Assembly: GCA_048270185.1 (NCBI GenBank)
Contig: JBLWTJ010000001.1
Span: 1,632,001-1,696,000 of the forward strand
DNA length: 64,000 bases
Source: Bacteriovoracaceae bacterium
GTDB lineage: Bacteria > Bdellovibrionota > Bacteriovoracia > Bacteriovoracales > Bacteriovoracaceae
Direction: 5' to 3'
Below the pieces are notes generated by a model that saw only the letters and a program-made list of their open reading frames with translations, did not search any database and had not been told where the DNA came from. Both the position numbers and the translations under genes were made by a program. Position 1 is the stretch's first letter; every line of letters begins with the position of its first letter. Below, piece after piece: positions 48,823-57,379 of this stretch.

Positions 48823-49034
48823 GGTACACGGATACTTTTCGTGATTCAAGCTAGTTGTGTAATTTCATTTAACTAAAACGGCCTGAATCTAGCTAGATTT
48901 CTCGACAGTATTATAGTTGCTTATAAATGATGAAGCTTAAGTATGTATCTTGCTAATAGTCTCATGTAACGAGTGAGGATTTTTAGGGGAGATGTAGGTT
49001 AAGCGCCTTAAATCACGAAAAGTATCCGCGTACC
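48823..49034. repeat. 28-bp inverted repeat pair enclosing 156 bp
   Basis: 48823-48850 ggtacacggatacttttcgtgattcaag versus 49007-49034 cttaaatcacgaaaagtatccgcgtacc, 26/28 complementary. Confidence 0.92.
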
Positions 49035-49046
49035 AAAACCCAAAAC

Positions 49047-49070
49047 AAAAAAGGCCCGTAAAACGGGCCC
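49047..49070 (-). terminator. Intrinsic terminator of ldh
   Basis: Minus strand ggcccgt-ttt-acgggcc followed by tttttt. Confidence 0.85.
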
Positions 49071-49094
49071 TTATGGATATATTTTATTTAAAAT

Positions 49095-50201
49095 CTATCT
49101 TTTCTTACGTCCTGGAAATCTGTGTCCTACGTGACCTAGGAACTTCCCTTGGATATTCTTGATTGACTCAATTCTTGACTCAGCAAGGATATCTGTCGCT
49201 TGATAAACAGGGATATCTTGTTCTTCAGAGATTTGGAAAATCTTCATTGTAGTATCATAGATTGTATCAACCATTCTGATAGCTTTATCTTCTGACCAAC
49301 CTTCGAATTCAATCGATACGTTCATAAGACCACCAGCATTGATTAGGTAATCTGGAGCGTATAGGATTCCTTTTTCTTTAAGAATTTTCCCATGACGATT
49401 TTCTGCAAGTTGGTTATTAGCTGCACCAGCTACAATTTTACACTGTAGACGGTCAATTGTGTCGTCATTGATTGTTGCACCAAGTGCGCATGGAGCATAG
49501 ATATCCATTTTTACATCGTAGATCTCATCGATTCCAACTACTTTTGCATTTGGAACTTTCTCTTTGAAAAGTTCGATATTCTTTTCATTGATATCACAAA
49601 CGTAGATTTCTGCACCTTCGTTGTATAAGTACTCACCTAGATAGCGACCAACAGATCCTGCACCTTGAAGAGCAACAACTTTCCCCTTTGGAGAACGGTT
49701 TCCATAAACTTTCATACATGCTGCTTCGATACCTCTGAAAACACCACGAGCTGTCCATGGAGATGGGTTACCTGAACCACCGTGGATCTCAGCAACACCT
49801 GCTACGTTATTAGTTTCAGTAAATACGTGTTCAATATCATCAACACCAATATTTACATCTTCAGCTGTAATATAACGACCATTTAAAGACTCTAGGAAAC
49901 GTCCGTATGAACGAAATAGTGCTTCTGACTTATCTTTTTCAGGGTCTCCGATAATAACGGCTTTACCACCACCAAGATTAAGACCAGAGACAGCTGCTTT
50001 ATAAGTCATCCCTTTTGATAGTCTTAGAACATCATTGATAGCTTCATCTTCTGATTTATATGGCCACATTCTCGTCCCACCAAGTGCTGGTCCTAGAACT
50101 GTGTTGTGAATCGCAACGATTGCCTTTAGGTTACAACTTGGATCACTGAAAAAGATAACTTCTTCGTGTCCGTCTTTGTATAGTCTCTCAAAGCTAGGCA
50201 T
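49095..50201 (-). CDS. ldh: Leucine dehydrogenase (Glu/Leu/Phe/Val dehydrogenase)
   Basis: GPALGGTR, GMTYK, GGGK, YITAEDV, GNPS..TA.GV, APCALG, GAANNQL. Confidence 0.93.
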   Translation of the reverse strand: MPSFERLYKDGHEEVIFFSDPSCNLKAIVAIHNTVLGPALGGTRMWPYKSEDEAINDVLRLSKGMTYKAAVSGLNLGGGKAVIIGDPEKDKSEALFRSYGRFLESLNGRYITAEDVNIGVDDIEHVFTETNNVAGVAEIHGGSGNPSPWTARGVFRGIEAACMKVYGNRSPKGKVVALQGAGSVGRYLGEYLYNEGAEIYVCDINEKNIELFKEKVPNAKVVGIDEIYDVKMDIYAPCALGATINDDTIDRLQCKIVAGAANNQLAENRHGKILKEKGILYAPDYLINAGGLMNVSIEFEGWSEDKAIRMVDTIYDTTMKIFQISEEQDIPVYQATDILAESRIESIKNIQGKFLGHVGHRFPGRKKR

Positions 50202-50304
50202 TCTTTATCTCCTTAAAAGTTTGCAATAATTACCTGAATTTACGCAGGGATTAATAGTGCTACAATAGTGAAAAGAACAATAAACTTTCAAGGGTGAAAA
50301 CTGT

Positions 50305-50613
50305 ATGCACAGAGTGTCATTAATTGATGAAAACGGACAAAGTACTGAATTTAATATTGAAGAAGGACAGACAATTTTTGATGCAGTACAAGATCAAGGG
50401 CATACTCTCCCACACGGTTGCCTAAGTGGCTCTTGCGGATCATGCCGAATTCAAATTATTGAAGGTGTGGAAAACCTCAAAAAGCCTGGAATCATCGAAG
50501 AGAACACTATAGAGGCCATTACAGACGAGCACCCAGAAGTAAGTGAGGGTGGAATTCGCCTCGCATGCCGTGCAAAAGTAACCGGTGACGTTAAAATTGC
50601 CCCTCTAAAATAA
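50305..50613 (+). CDS. 2Fe-2S ferredoxin
   Basis: CLSGSCGSC...RLAC. Confidence 0.9.
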   Translation: MHRVSLIDENGQSTEFNIEEGQTIFDAVQDQGHTLPHGCLSGSCGSCRIQIIEGVENLKKPGIIEENTIEAITDEHPEVSEGGIRLACRAKVTGDVKIAPLK

Positions 50614-51547
50614 GATGAATCAGCGCGCGAAAGTGCTTCTTGCGATCAAATCTCCAAGACTCATTCTCGTCTTTAATAAATTCAAGATTACCCTGATCTA
50701 AAACTGTCGCTAAATGATCGACATCATTGATAATAATGTGTCTATAATTTTCAAGTAGAGATGATTTTAGATCAACCATTCCATCATTTTTTCCTGCGCG
50801 ATCGAGAATAAAATTTCGACTAATTTCAAGTAGGGTTTCTCTCCCCTCAAGGTCATTGATATAGGTAATGAATTGCAGATAATTCAATTCTCCAAGAATT
50901 TTGTTAATTTTGGCGTGATTATCTTTCATGTACTTCACTCTCTCGTCAGTACCAACAGAAGAGAGACCAGATTGTTCTCCACCGAGAATTGAGAAAAGCC
51001 AGCCCATAACATTATTAGTAATTGTTCCTTCTAAGAAGTAATCTGCAAGAACAGATCCTCGATAAGGTGACTGCATCGAAACCCAACCAACAACTCGATT
51101 TGCCATTTCAGGATGATTCACAAGCACCTCAAGAAACTCGAGTCCTCCTTTGGAGTGGCTTATAACAAGAACCTTACCATCAATCTTATCGAGTTCTTTT
51201 TTGATATATATTGCATTCTTATCAACAGGGTTTTCTGATTCAACCACAATACGCTTATATGGAAGCTTTAGTTCATCAAGAGTATTCATATAATCATGAA
51301 AGTAATCTCCCATGAAATAGGAAAGATTTAGTAGCTGACCAGAATTGGCTATGGCCGACTGAGAGAGAATTCCAGGAAGAAAGACTATTGTTAAATCTTT
51401 AAGTTTCTTTAATTCTTCTTGTGAGAATTCTTTTTTGACTTGGTAGATACTCTTATATTGAGCAGTTTGGTTTCGTGCCCAAGCTGCCTTAAAATTAAAG
51501 ACAGCTAGAACACAAATAAGGATTAAGCTAGACCTAGTGAAGTTAAT
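50591..51547 (-). CDS. Secreted alpha/beta hydrolase (lipase-like); start extended beyond ORF track
   Basis: SHSKGG, SPYRGS, NDGMV, DH; frame open 78 codons upstream of ATG 51313 with a signal peptide and IVFLPGI, no ATG/GTG/TTG; ATT at 51547 proposed. Confidence 0.75.
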   Translation of the reverse strand: MNFTRSSLILICVLAVFNFKAAWARNQTAQYKSIYQVKKEFSQEELKKLKDLTIVFLPGILSQSAIANSGQLLNLSYFMGDYFHDYMNTLDELKLPYKRIVVESENPVDKNAIYIKKELDKIDGKVLVISHSKGGLEFLEVLVNHPEMANRVVGWVSMQSPYRGSVLADYFLEGTITNNVMGWLFSILGGEQSGLSSVGTDERVKYMKDNHAKINKILGELNYLQFITYINDLEGRETLLEISRNFILDRAGKNDGMVDLKSSLLENYRHIIINDVDHLATVLDQGNLEFIKDENESWRFDRKKHFRALIHLILEGQF

Positions 51548-52533
51548 AGTGCGGCTCTCTTTTTACGGCGGATCTTAGCATTGATATCATCGAGAGAATC
51601 AACGGCCATATCCCAAGCCGTATAAATTTGTTTCTTACGATCAGCTCTTAGGTCACCGGCAACGTAGAAGTTTTCAACATTTGTCTCACCCTTCTCATTT
51701 CCAAGAACATATCCACGTCCATCAACCTCTGCACCTAGAGCTGTCGCTAACTCATTATAAACGATAGTTCCAAGCGAAACAAAAGAAAATGCTGACTCAA
51801 GTGTTCTTCCACTTGCAAATTTATAGCCTTCAACTTTTCCAGATTTCTTATCACCTAAGATCTCATGAATCTCTTCTGTGAAAACTTCAATCTTATAAGC
51901 TTTAATAAGCTTTTGAGTCTCCTCATCAAATTGTGGTGTCTCACCATTTGTGAGAATAGACATCGAAGGTGTGTTGTAGCGCTCTTTAAGCATTACTGCA
52001 ACCCAGGCAGCTCCTGATGTATGACCAATAATTGAAGTGTGCTTATCATAGACATGATGTCCATCACATCTCAAACAATAATCAACTGTCTGAGCGTTTG
52101 CAAATGGAAGAATTGGCTTAATGCTTCCCTTAAAGTGTGGCTGCACATCCATAATCCCCGTTGTTAAAACAACATACTGAGCTTGATACTTCTCTCCATC
52201 ACTATCAGTTAGATGAAAGATTCCTTCATCATCTTTTGTGATTTGCGTGATACCTTTTCCCTTAACGTAAGTTAGATTATCTTTAAATTCTTCTGATTCC
52301 TGAATCCACTCGAGTGTATCTTTATTAGGATCTTCGATCCCCTTGCGATACTTTTGATAACCAGGCATATTCTCAACTTTATAAACCCACTTATCACGTG
52401 AGCGCTTCTTATCACGAGGTGAACCAGGAAAGAGGATGACTTGGTCGTTATTTAAAACACCGCGAAGGGTTGCCATCATTCCTGCGGCCCCACTTCCTAC
52501 TACTGCGATTTGATATATATTTTGTGATGACAT
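51523..52533 (-). CDS. Thioredoxin reductase-like FAD/NAD(P) oxidoreductase
   Basis: GSGAAG, TTG, YCLRCDG, YVAGD. Confidence 0.88.
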   Translation of the reverse strand: MSSQNIYQIAVVGSGAAGMMATLRGVLNNDQVILFPGSPRDKKRSRDKWVYKVENMPGYQKYRKGIEDPNKDTLEWIQESEEFKDNLTYVKGKGITQITKDDEGIFHLTDSDGEKYQAQYVVLTTGIMDVQPHFKGSIKPILPFANAQTVDYCLRCDGHHVYDKHTSIIGHTSGAAWVAVMLKERYNTPSMSILTNGETPQFDEETQKLIKAYKIEVFTEEIHEILGDKKSGKVEGYKFASGRTLESAFSFVSLGTIVYNELATALGAEVDGRGYVLGNEKGETNVENFYVAGDLRADRKKQIYTAWDMAVDSLDDINAKIRRKKRAALLTSLGLA

Positions 52534-52573
52534 ATAGACTCCTATTACTAATTCTCATTTAGTATAGTCTATC

Positions 52574-52600
52574 AAAAAAAGGGAATCTAATAGATTCCCT
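52574..52600 (-). terminator. Intrinsic terminator after the CorC/CNNM gene
   Basis: agggaatcta/tagattccct inverted repeat followed on the minus strand by a T run. Confidence 0.75.
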
Positions 52601-52635
52601 CTATGTAAAGATTTGTTATTTTTATGAAAAGAGGC

Positions 52636-53982
52636 TTACTTGACAGGAATATCGAGTAGGTCTTCAGTGCTCTCAACAGCTTCCTTGGCCTCTTTCTTTG
52701 AGAAGAAGTGCTTTTCACCATCGACATCTTTGATTTTAACTTGCTTAATTTCGTAATCAAAGACTTCAGTTAACTCAAAGCTATAGCCTTCCCAGATAAT
52801 AATCTGACCTGATTCAGGAAAGTTATTTCCAAGCATATCAAGAAGGAAGCCTGCAAGAGTTGAGTAATTATCATTTAATGGAATCTTAATATCATAATCA
52901 TGATCAAGATCACGAAGATTAGTCGCTCCATCAATATCAACACCTTCAATAAGATCGCTCTCTTGGTACTCTTTTGTAATTTGATCGATATCATCATCGT
53001 GCTCATCTTGGATCTCTCCAAGAATTTCCTCAATAATGTCTTCAAGTGTAATGATCCCAACAATAAGCCCATTCTCATCTTTCACTAGGGCCATGTGAAC
53101 TTTCTTACGGTTCATATGATCAAAGACTGCTTGAATCTTCATATGCTCGTAAACGAAGAATGGCTCACGTAAGTGGTTGGCCAGTACAAAATTTTCACGT
53201 TGGGCTTTTCTAATAAAGGCAAGCTCCTTTACGTGAAGAAAACCTTCAATATTATCAATCTCACCATCACATACTGGATAGCGTGAGTGAATTGATTCTT
53301 CGATCTCATTTAGTACTTCGCTATAAGTACTATTGACTGGAATCGTTTTGATTTCACGACGTGGAATCATGATGTCCTTAACTTTGATCTTTGGAAATTC
53401 AAGAATTGAGTTAAAGAGATCAATTTGCTTGTGGTCAATCGTATTCTCATTCTCTGCTTTCTTAATCATAAACTCGAGGTCATCTTTTGTAACAATTCGA
53501 CCAGTTAACTGAGCATTCTCCCCGAGAACAGTGTGAATTAACCACACCATAACTTTAATCACAGGATAAAGTAGATAATAGAAAATTTGCAGAACGCGAA
53601 TAACAAATAGCGATAAACTCTCAGCGTGAGTTCTTGCAAAAGTTTTTGGAATAATTTCACCAAAGATTAGAATAATAAAAGTTGTTACCCCAACAGCGAT
53701 ACCAATTGCATCATCAGCAAACATTCGTGTTGCGAGAACTGTTGTTAAAGATGAGGCAAAGATATTAACGACGTTATTACCAACAAGGATTGTGGTTAGG
53801 ATTTCACTTGGGCGATCAATCATGAACGCAATCGCACGTCCTTTGGAATCACCTTCTTGAATAAGCTGGCTGGCACGATCATGTGGTATTGAAAGTAGGA
53901 CGGCCTCCGATCCAGAAAAGAATCCTGAGCCAATAAAGCAAACGATGAGCGAAATAATTTCAAGACTGCTTACATCGCCCAT
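52636..53982 (-). CDS. CNNM/HlyC/CorC family transporter (DUF21-CBS-CorC)
   Basis: FFSGSE, GEIIPK, HSRYPV, TLEDIIEEILGEI.DE. Confidence 0.93.
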   Translation of the reverse strand: MGDVSSLEIISLIVCFIGSGFFSGSEAVLLSIPHDRASQLIQEGDSKGRAIAFMIDRPSEILTTILVGNNVVNIFASSLTTVLATRMFADDAIGIAVGVTTFIILIFGEIIPKTFARTHAESLSLFVIRVLQIFYYLLYPVIKVMVWLIHTVLGENAQLTGRIVTKDDLEFMIKKAENENTIDHKQIDLFNSILEFPKIKVKDIMIPRREIKTIPVNSTYSEVLNEIEESIHSRYPVCDGEIDNIEGFLHVKELAFIRKAQRENFVLANHLREPFFVYEHMKIQAVFDHMNRKKVHMALVKDENGLIVGIITLEDIIEEILGEIQDEHDDDIDQITKEYQESDLIEGVDIDGATNLRDLDHDYDIKIPLNDNYSTLAGFLLDMLGNNFPESGQIIIWEGYSFELTEVFDYEIKQVKIKDVDGEKHFFSKKEAKEAVESTEDLLDIPVK

Positions 53983-54191
53983 TGGATGGCCTTTGTTATA
54001 TTGAATTTAGATGGAAGTTTATTAATTAAGAAACAACAACTCGGAGGTTCTATAAGGTTTATCCTTGTTATGGACGTTGCTCACTAATGAGTCGTCCCTC
54101 GTTTTGATATAAATATTTTATCAGTATTTCTGATATGATTCAATACATCACAAACCTTGGAATTACAAGTATATAGCCCTTCTTACACGGT

Positions 54192-54671
54192 TTAGTGGTG
54201 ATCGAGTTGTTCACCTTTGAAATCGTGATCAGAATAGACAATTCTATCGTTCATCTCGTGATTAAAATCATATATCTCATTGATATTACTCACTTTTCTA
54301 AATATCGTCAGACACTTGTAGCAAATAACAACAGGAGGTAATCTCTTGAATAATGCAAAATCAAAGACATAGAGAATAATAAATGGCGCTACTGAGTACG
54401 GCGCATATTGAGTTGTCGCCATATAAAGAGTCGCCAGAGCAGCAATCACAAAAAGTGCCACACCAATCTTGCGGTTAAAGTCCTTTTGCTTATAGAAGTC
54501 CTTTCTCTCACAACATGGACAGTCCTTAAGGATTCCCTTCTCGTGATCTTCATTCATTTTAACAGGAGCTTTCGTATGACAAATTTGGCACTCAACTTCT
54601 GTCACATCCTTATTCGGATGAAACGAAACAGCTGACCCACATTCTTTACACGTTAAAGTAATTTCCATCAT
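54192..54671 (-). CDS. Zinc-ribbon membrane protein
   Basis: Four CxxC pairs flanking two TMs; ATG 54671 overlaps upstream TGA, so the ORF-track extension to 54860 is unlikely. Confidence 0.75.
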   Translation of the reverse strand: MMEITLTCKECGSAVSFHPNKDVTEVECQICHTKAPVKMNEDHEKGILKDCPCCERKDFYKQKDFNRKIGVALFVIAALATLYMATTQYAPYSVAPFIILYVFDFALFKRLPPVVICYKCLTIFRKVSNINEIYDFNHEMNDRIVYSDHDFKGEQLDHH

Positions 54672-55444
54672 AGTAGTAATCCATATGTATAAAATAAATA
54701 AATAGCAATAATTTCGCCGATGAAGATAAAGATCGTCATGGCATAGAATATTCCCGTTGCACTCTGTGTACTTCTCATACAAACAAGTTTCCAACCAAAA
54801 ACACTCATAGCAAATATAACAAGGTAACCCCAAATATCGCGCATGATAACCATCAGCCAATTAAAAGCGTAACCACCTCCAAGCTGCGTGCCTTCTGCTA
54901 GATAAGGCCCAAGCTTTGCATGCTCAAAAATTGTCCAAACTAGCTTGATTCCAATTAAGGACCACATTGCAAGAGTCGCTCTTTTAAGAGGAACTTCAGA
55001 TAGTTTTGGTGTAACAAGATACCAGTGACCAAGGATCATGGCATATGTAATAGCACCAAGGTAGTAAACCGAAGATGCAATATAGAGATAGTTAATAAGA
55101 TTCTTATCCTGGAATAAGTAGAGAACCCAAAAACCTAGTATTGCTGGAATCGCGTAAAGTACCCAAAGAGCAGAGTTTTTCTCATCGTAGTGGTTATGTA
55201 ATTGATGATGAAATAGTATTGAGATTGTACTGACGTAAATAAGAATTGCTTCTAAATCCGTTGCACTGTGACCTGTAATAATATGAGTAATGGCCGCTAG
55301 AAATAAACTCACTAAACAAGTTGTCGATAGTAGTTTTTGAAAACCGCCACCAGTCATCTTTGAATTGGCAACAGGAGCAAAAGTAAAAACACCAAAGCCT
55401 ACGGCCAGGAAGAAGTACTTTGCGATTTCAAATGTATTACTCAT
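54668..55444 (-). CDS. Polytopic membrane protein (LGHWYL, SATG motifs)
   Basis: About eight TMs; ATG 55444 preferred. Confidence 0.75.
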   Translation of the reverse strand: MSNTFEIAKYFFLAVGFGVFTFAPVANSKMTGGGFQKLLSTTCLVSLFLAAITHIITGHSATDLEAILIYVSTISILFHHQLHNHYDEKNSALWVLYAIPAILGFWVLYLFQDKNLINYLYIASSVYYLGAITYAMILGHWYLVTPKLSEVPLKRATLAMWSLIGIKLVWTIFEHAKLGPYLAEGTQLGGGYAFNWLMVIMRDIWGYLVIFAMSVFGWKLVCMRSTQSATGIFYAMTIFIFIGEIIAIYLFYTYGLLL

Positions 55445-55850
55445 TAAAATTACTCTCTCGTAAATAATGCTCAATTAAGCGCATAATTATGATTTTATTT
55501 GCTGCTGGAATATTAAGCTCTTCTACCTTATTTTGAGCGTTTTCAAAAGGTATCTTTTGACTCTCTAAGCTCATTTCCTTTGTATAATCAGTAAGATAGA
55601 CAAAGAGAATGACACTTCGATCATCGTAATCATGTCGATATTGAGTGAAGAGTGTTATTTTATTGAGTTCGACTCCCACCTCTTCATAGAACTCTCGACG
55701 TGCTGCCTGTTCAGAATTCTCCCCTGCTTCAACTTTACCACCAGGGAACTCCATCATTCCATCAAGAGGGCCGTCTTCACGGCGAACTTGCGAGTAGAGA
55801 GTAAGGCCTGTAGCCGAGGCTTCATAGGGAATAACAATTGAAATATCCAT
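55437..55850 (-). CDS. mutT: MutT-like Nudix hydrolase
   Basis: EFPGGKVEAGE...ARREFYEEVG, PAAN. Confidence 0.85.
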   Translation of the reverse strand: MDISIVIPYEASATGLTLYSQVRREDGPLDGMMEFPGGKVEAGENSEQAARREFYEEVGVELNKITLFTQYRHDYDDRSVILFVYLTDYTKEMSLESQKIPFENAQNKVEELNIPAANKIIIMRLIEHYLRESNFNE

Positions 55851-55932
55851 GGATATAGTTCTACCCTAAAAAAACTAAAATGTTAAAAGAAGGCCACTAG
55901 CTTTTTGTCCCAGCATTGTTTATAACCGCAGG

Positions 55933-56934
55933 GTGAGTACATTACCATTTAAGAAACATTCACTCCTCTTTGCTCCGATGGAAGGGGTTACTGACGGACC
56001 TTATCGCGAAGTCATTCAACGAGCTTTCGGGGACTGGGATTACTATGCCACTGACTTCTATCGAATTCCATCAGTTGGAAATATTGGAATGAAGGCGTTA
56101 GTAAAACACTTTGGTGAACAATACTTAAAGAAAGCATCTCACACGAATCAGACGGCCTATCAATTTCTAACTTCTGAAATTGCTCAAACCGATCAGGCCA
56201 TAGGCCTTATTAGTGAACTCGACTACCACCATATTGATCTCAACCTTGGATGTCCATCAAAGAAGGTCAATTCAAATAAGGGTGGAGCTTATCTTCTTTC
56301 AGACCTTAAGGCCCTTGAGAAAATCATCACACAAATAAGAAATGGGTTTAAGAATACTTTCACAGTAAAAATTCGCATTGGTTATCGAGATGATAGCCTC
56401 TTCTTTGATCTTCTTAGATTATTTGAAGACTGCGGAGTTGAAGGAATAACTATTCATGCCCGAACTAGAGATCAACTCTATAAAGGAGTTGCGGATTGGA
56501 ATTATATTGAAAAGGCCGTGAATTTCTCAAAGCTTCCAATTATTGCCAATGGTGATATTTGGACGACTGAAGATATTGAAAATATCTTTGATCGCTGCGA
56601 CCCATACGCTGTAATGTGTGGCCGAAGTGCATTAAAAACACCATGGCTTGCTTCAATATATAAACAGTATCAAGGTAATCTCGATTTCCTAAGTGATGAA
56701 TTTCTTTTAAAAGAGCGAGCAAAGAATCTCGATATCTACTTCTACGAACTAGAGAAGGAATATCGAAAGTTTGGTTTTATTGATAACACCATACTAAAGC
56801 GCTTTAAGGCCTTCTGCCGCTATCTCTTTGATGACTATGACAACTTTGAAGTTATTCGTGGTCGTTTTCTTCGTGCTCAGAGCATCCATGAATTTCGCAA
56901 TCATGTTCATGACTTTGTGGAGAATTATTCTTAA
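55933..56934 (+). CDS. tRNA-dihydrouridine synthase
   Basis: APMEGVTD, DLNLGCP, VKIRIG, HART, NGDI. Confidence 0.93.
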   Translation: MSTLPFKKHSLLFAPMEGVTDGPYREVIQRAFGDWDYYATDFYRIPSVGNIGMKALVKHFGEQYLKKASHTNQTAYQFLTSEIAQTDQAIGLISELDYHHIDLNLGCPSKKVNSNKGGAYLLSDLKALEKIITQIRNGFKNTFTVKIRIGYRDDSLFFDLLRLFEDCGVEGITIHARTRDQLYKGVADWNYIEKAVNFSKLPIIANGDIWTTEDIENIFDRCDPYAVMCGRSALKTPWLASIYKQYQGNLDFLSDEFLLKERAKNLDIYFYELEKEYRKFGFIDNTILKRFKAFCRYLFDDYDNFEVIRGRFLRAQSIHEFRNHVHDFVENYS

Positions 56935-57316
56935 CGAATAAGTAGAAAATTAATTCAAATGCTAAGACACCAAGTAAGTAAACAATACGAGCTTGTACCG
57001 ATGGCGACACTAGCATTACGAGAAAGAAGAAAATAAAACCTGGAGCGTGTCTTAAAACAATATTTCCCCAAGTATTATCAGGAAGCCAATCTTCAAATAA
57101 GTGAAAAACACCCATCACAAAATTAGCAAAATTAAATCGACTACGGCGCTCTTCAAAATACTCATCTCGATTCGGGTGACAATAGAGCCCAGCAAATGAA
57201 ATTGAAGTAAAGAAACAGATAAACTCTTCAATCGAAAACTTTAGAAGATAAGATGCGATAAAGAAAATGATCACTGCTGGTAAGAAATAAAGGTAATACT
57301 TAATTCCAATTTTCAT
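56852..57316 (-). CDS. Hypothetical membrane protein with His-rich tail
   Basis: GGAG RBS, several TMs; His-rich tail lies in the overlap with dus. Confidence 0.65.
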   Translation of the reverse strand: MKIGIKYYLYFLPAVIIFFIASYLLKFSIEEFICFFTSISFAGLYCHPNRDEYFEERRSRFNFANFVMGVFHLFEDWLPDNTWGNIVLRHAPGFIFFFLVMLVSPSVQARIVYLLGVLAFELIFYLFVKNNSPQSHEHDCEIHGCSEHEENDHE

Positions 57317-57325
57317 TGCGTCTCC

Positions 57326-57357
57326 AAAAAGAAAGGCACCCTACTAGGTGCCTTTCT
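57326..57357 (-). terminator. Intrinsic terminator of rny
   Basis: agaaaggcacc/ggtgcctttct stem, 6-nt loop, T run on minus strand. Confidence 0.85.
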
Positions 57358-57379
57358 CATATTATAAATGGAAGTTATT

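Noticed and set aside
48823..49034. Retron msr-msd or complete IS element
   Set aside because: No reverse transcriptase or transposase in the window and no target-site duplication
54672..54860. N-terminal extension of the zinc-ribbon protein in the ORF track
   Set aside because: Out-of-frame overlap with the upstream gene; ATGA coupling at 54671 is more plausible
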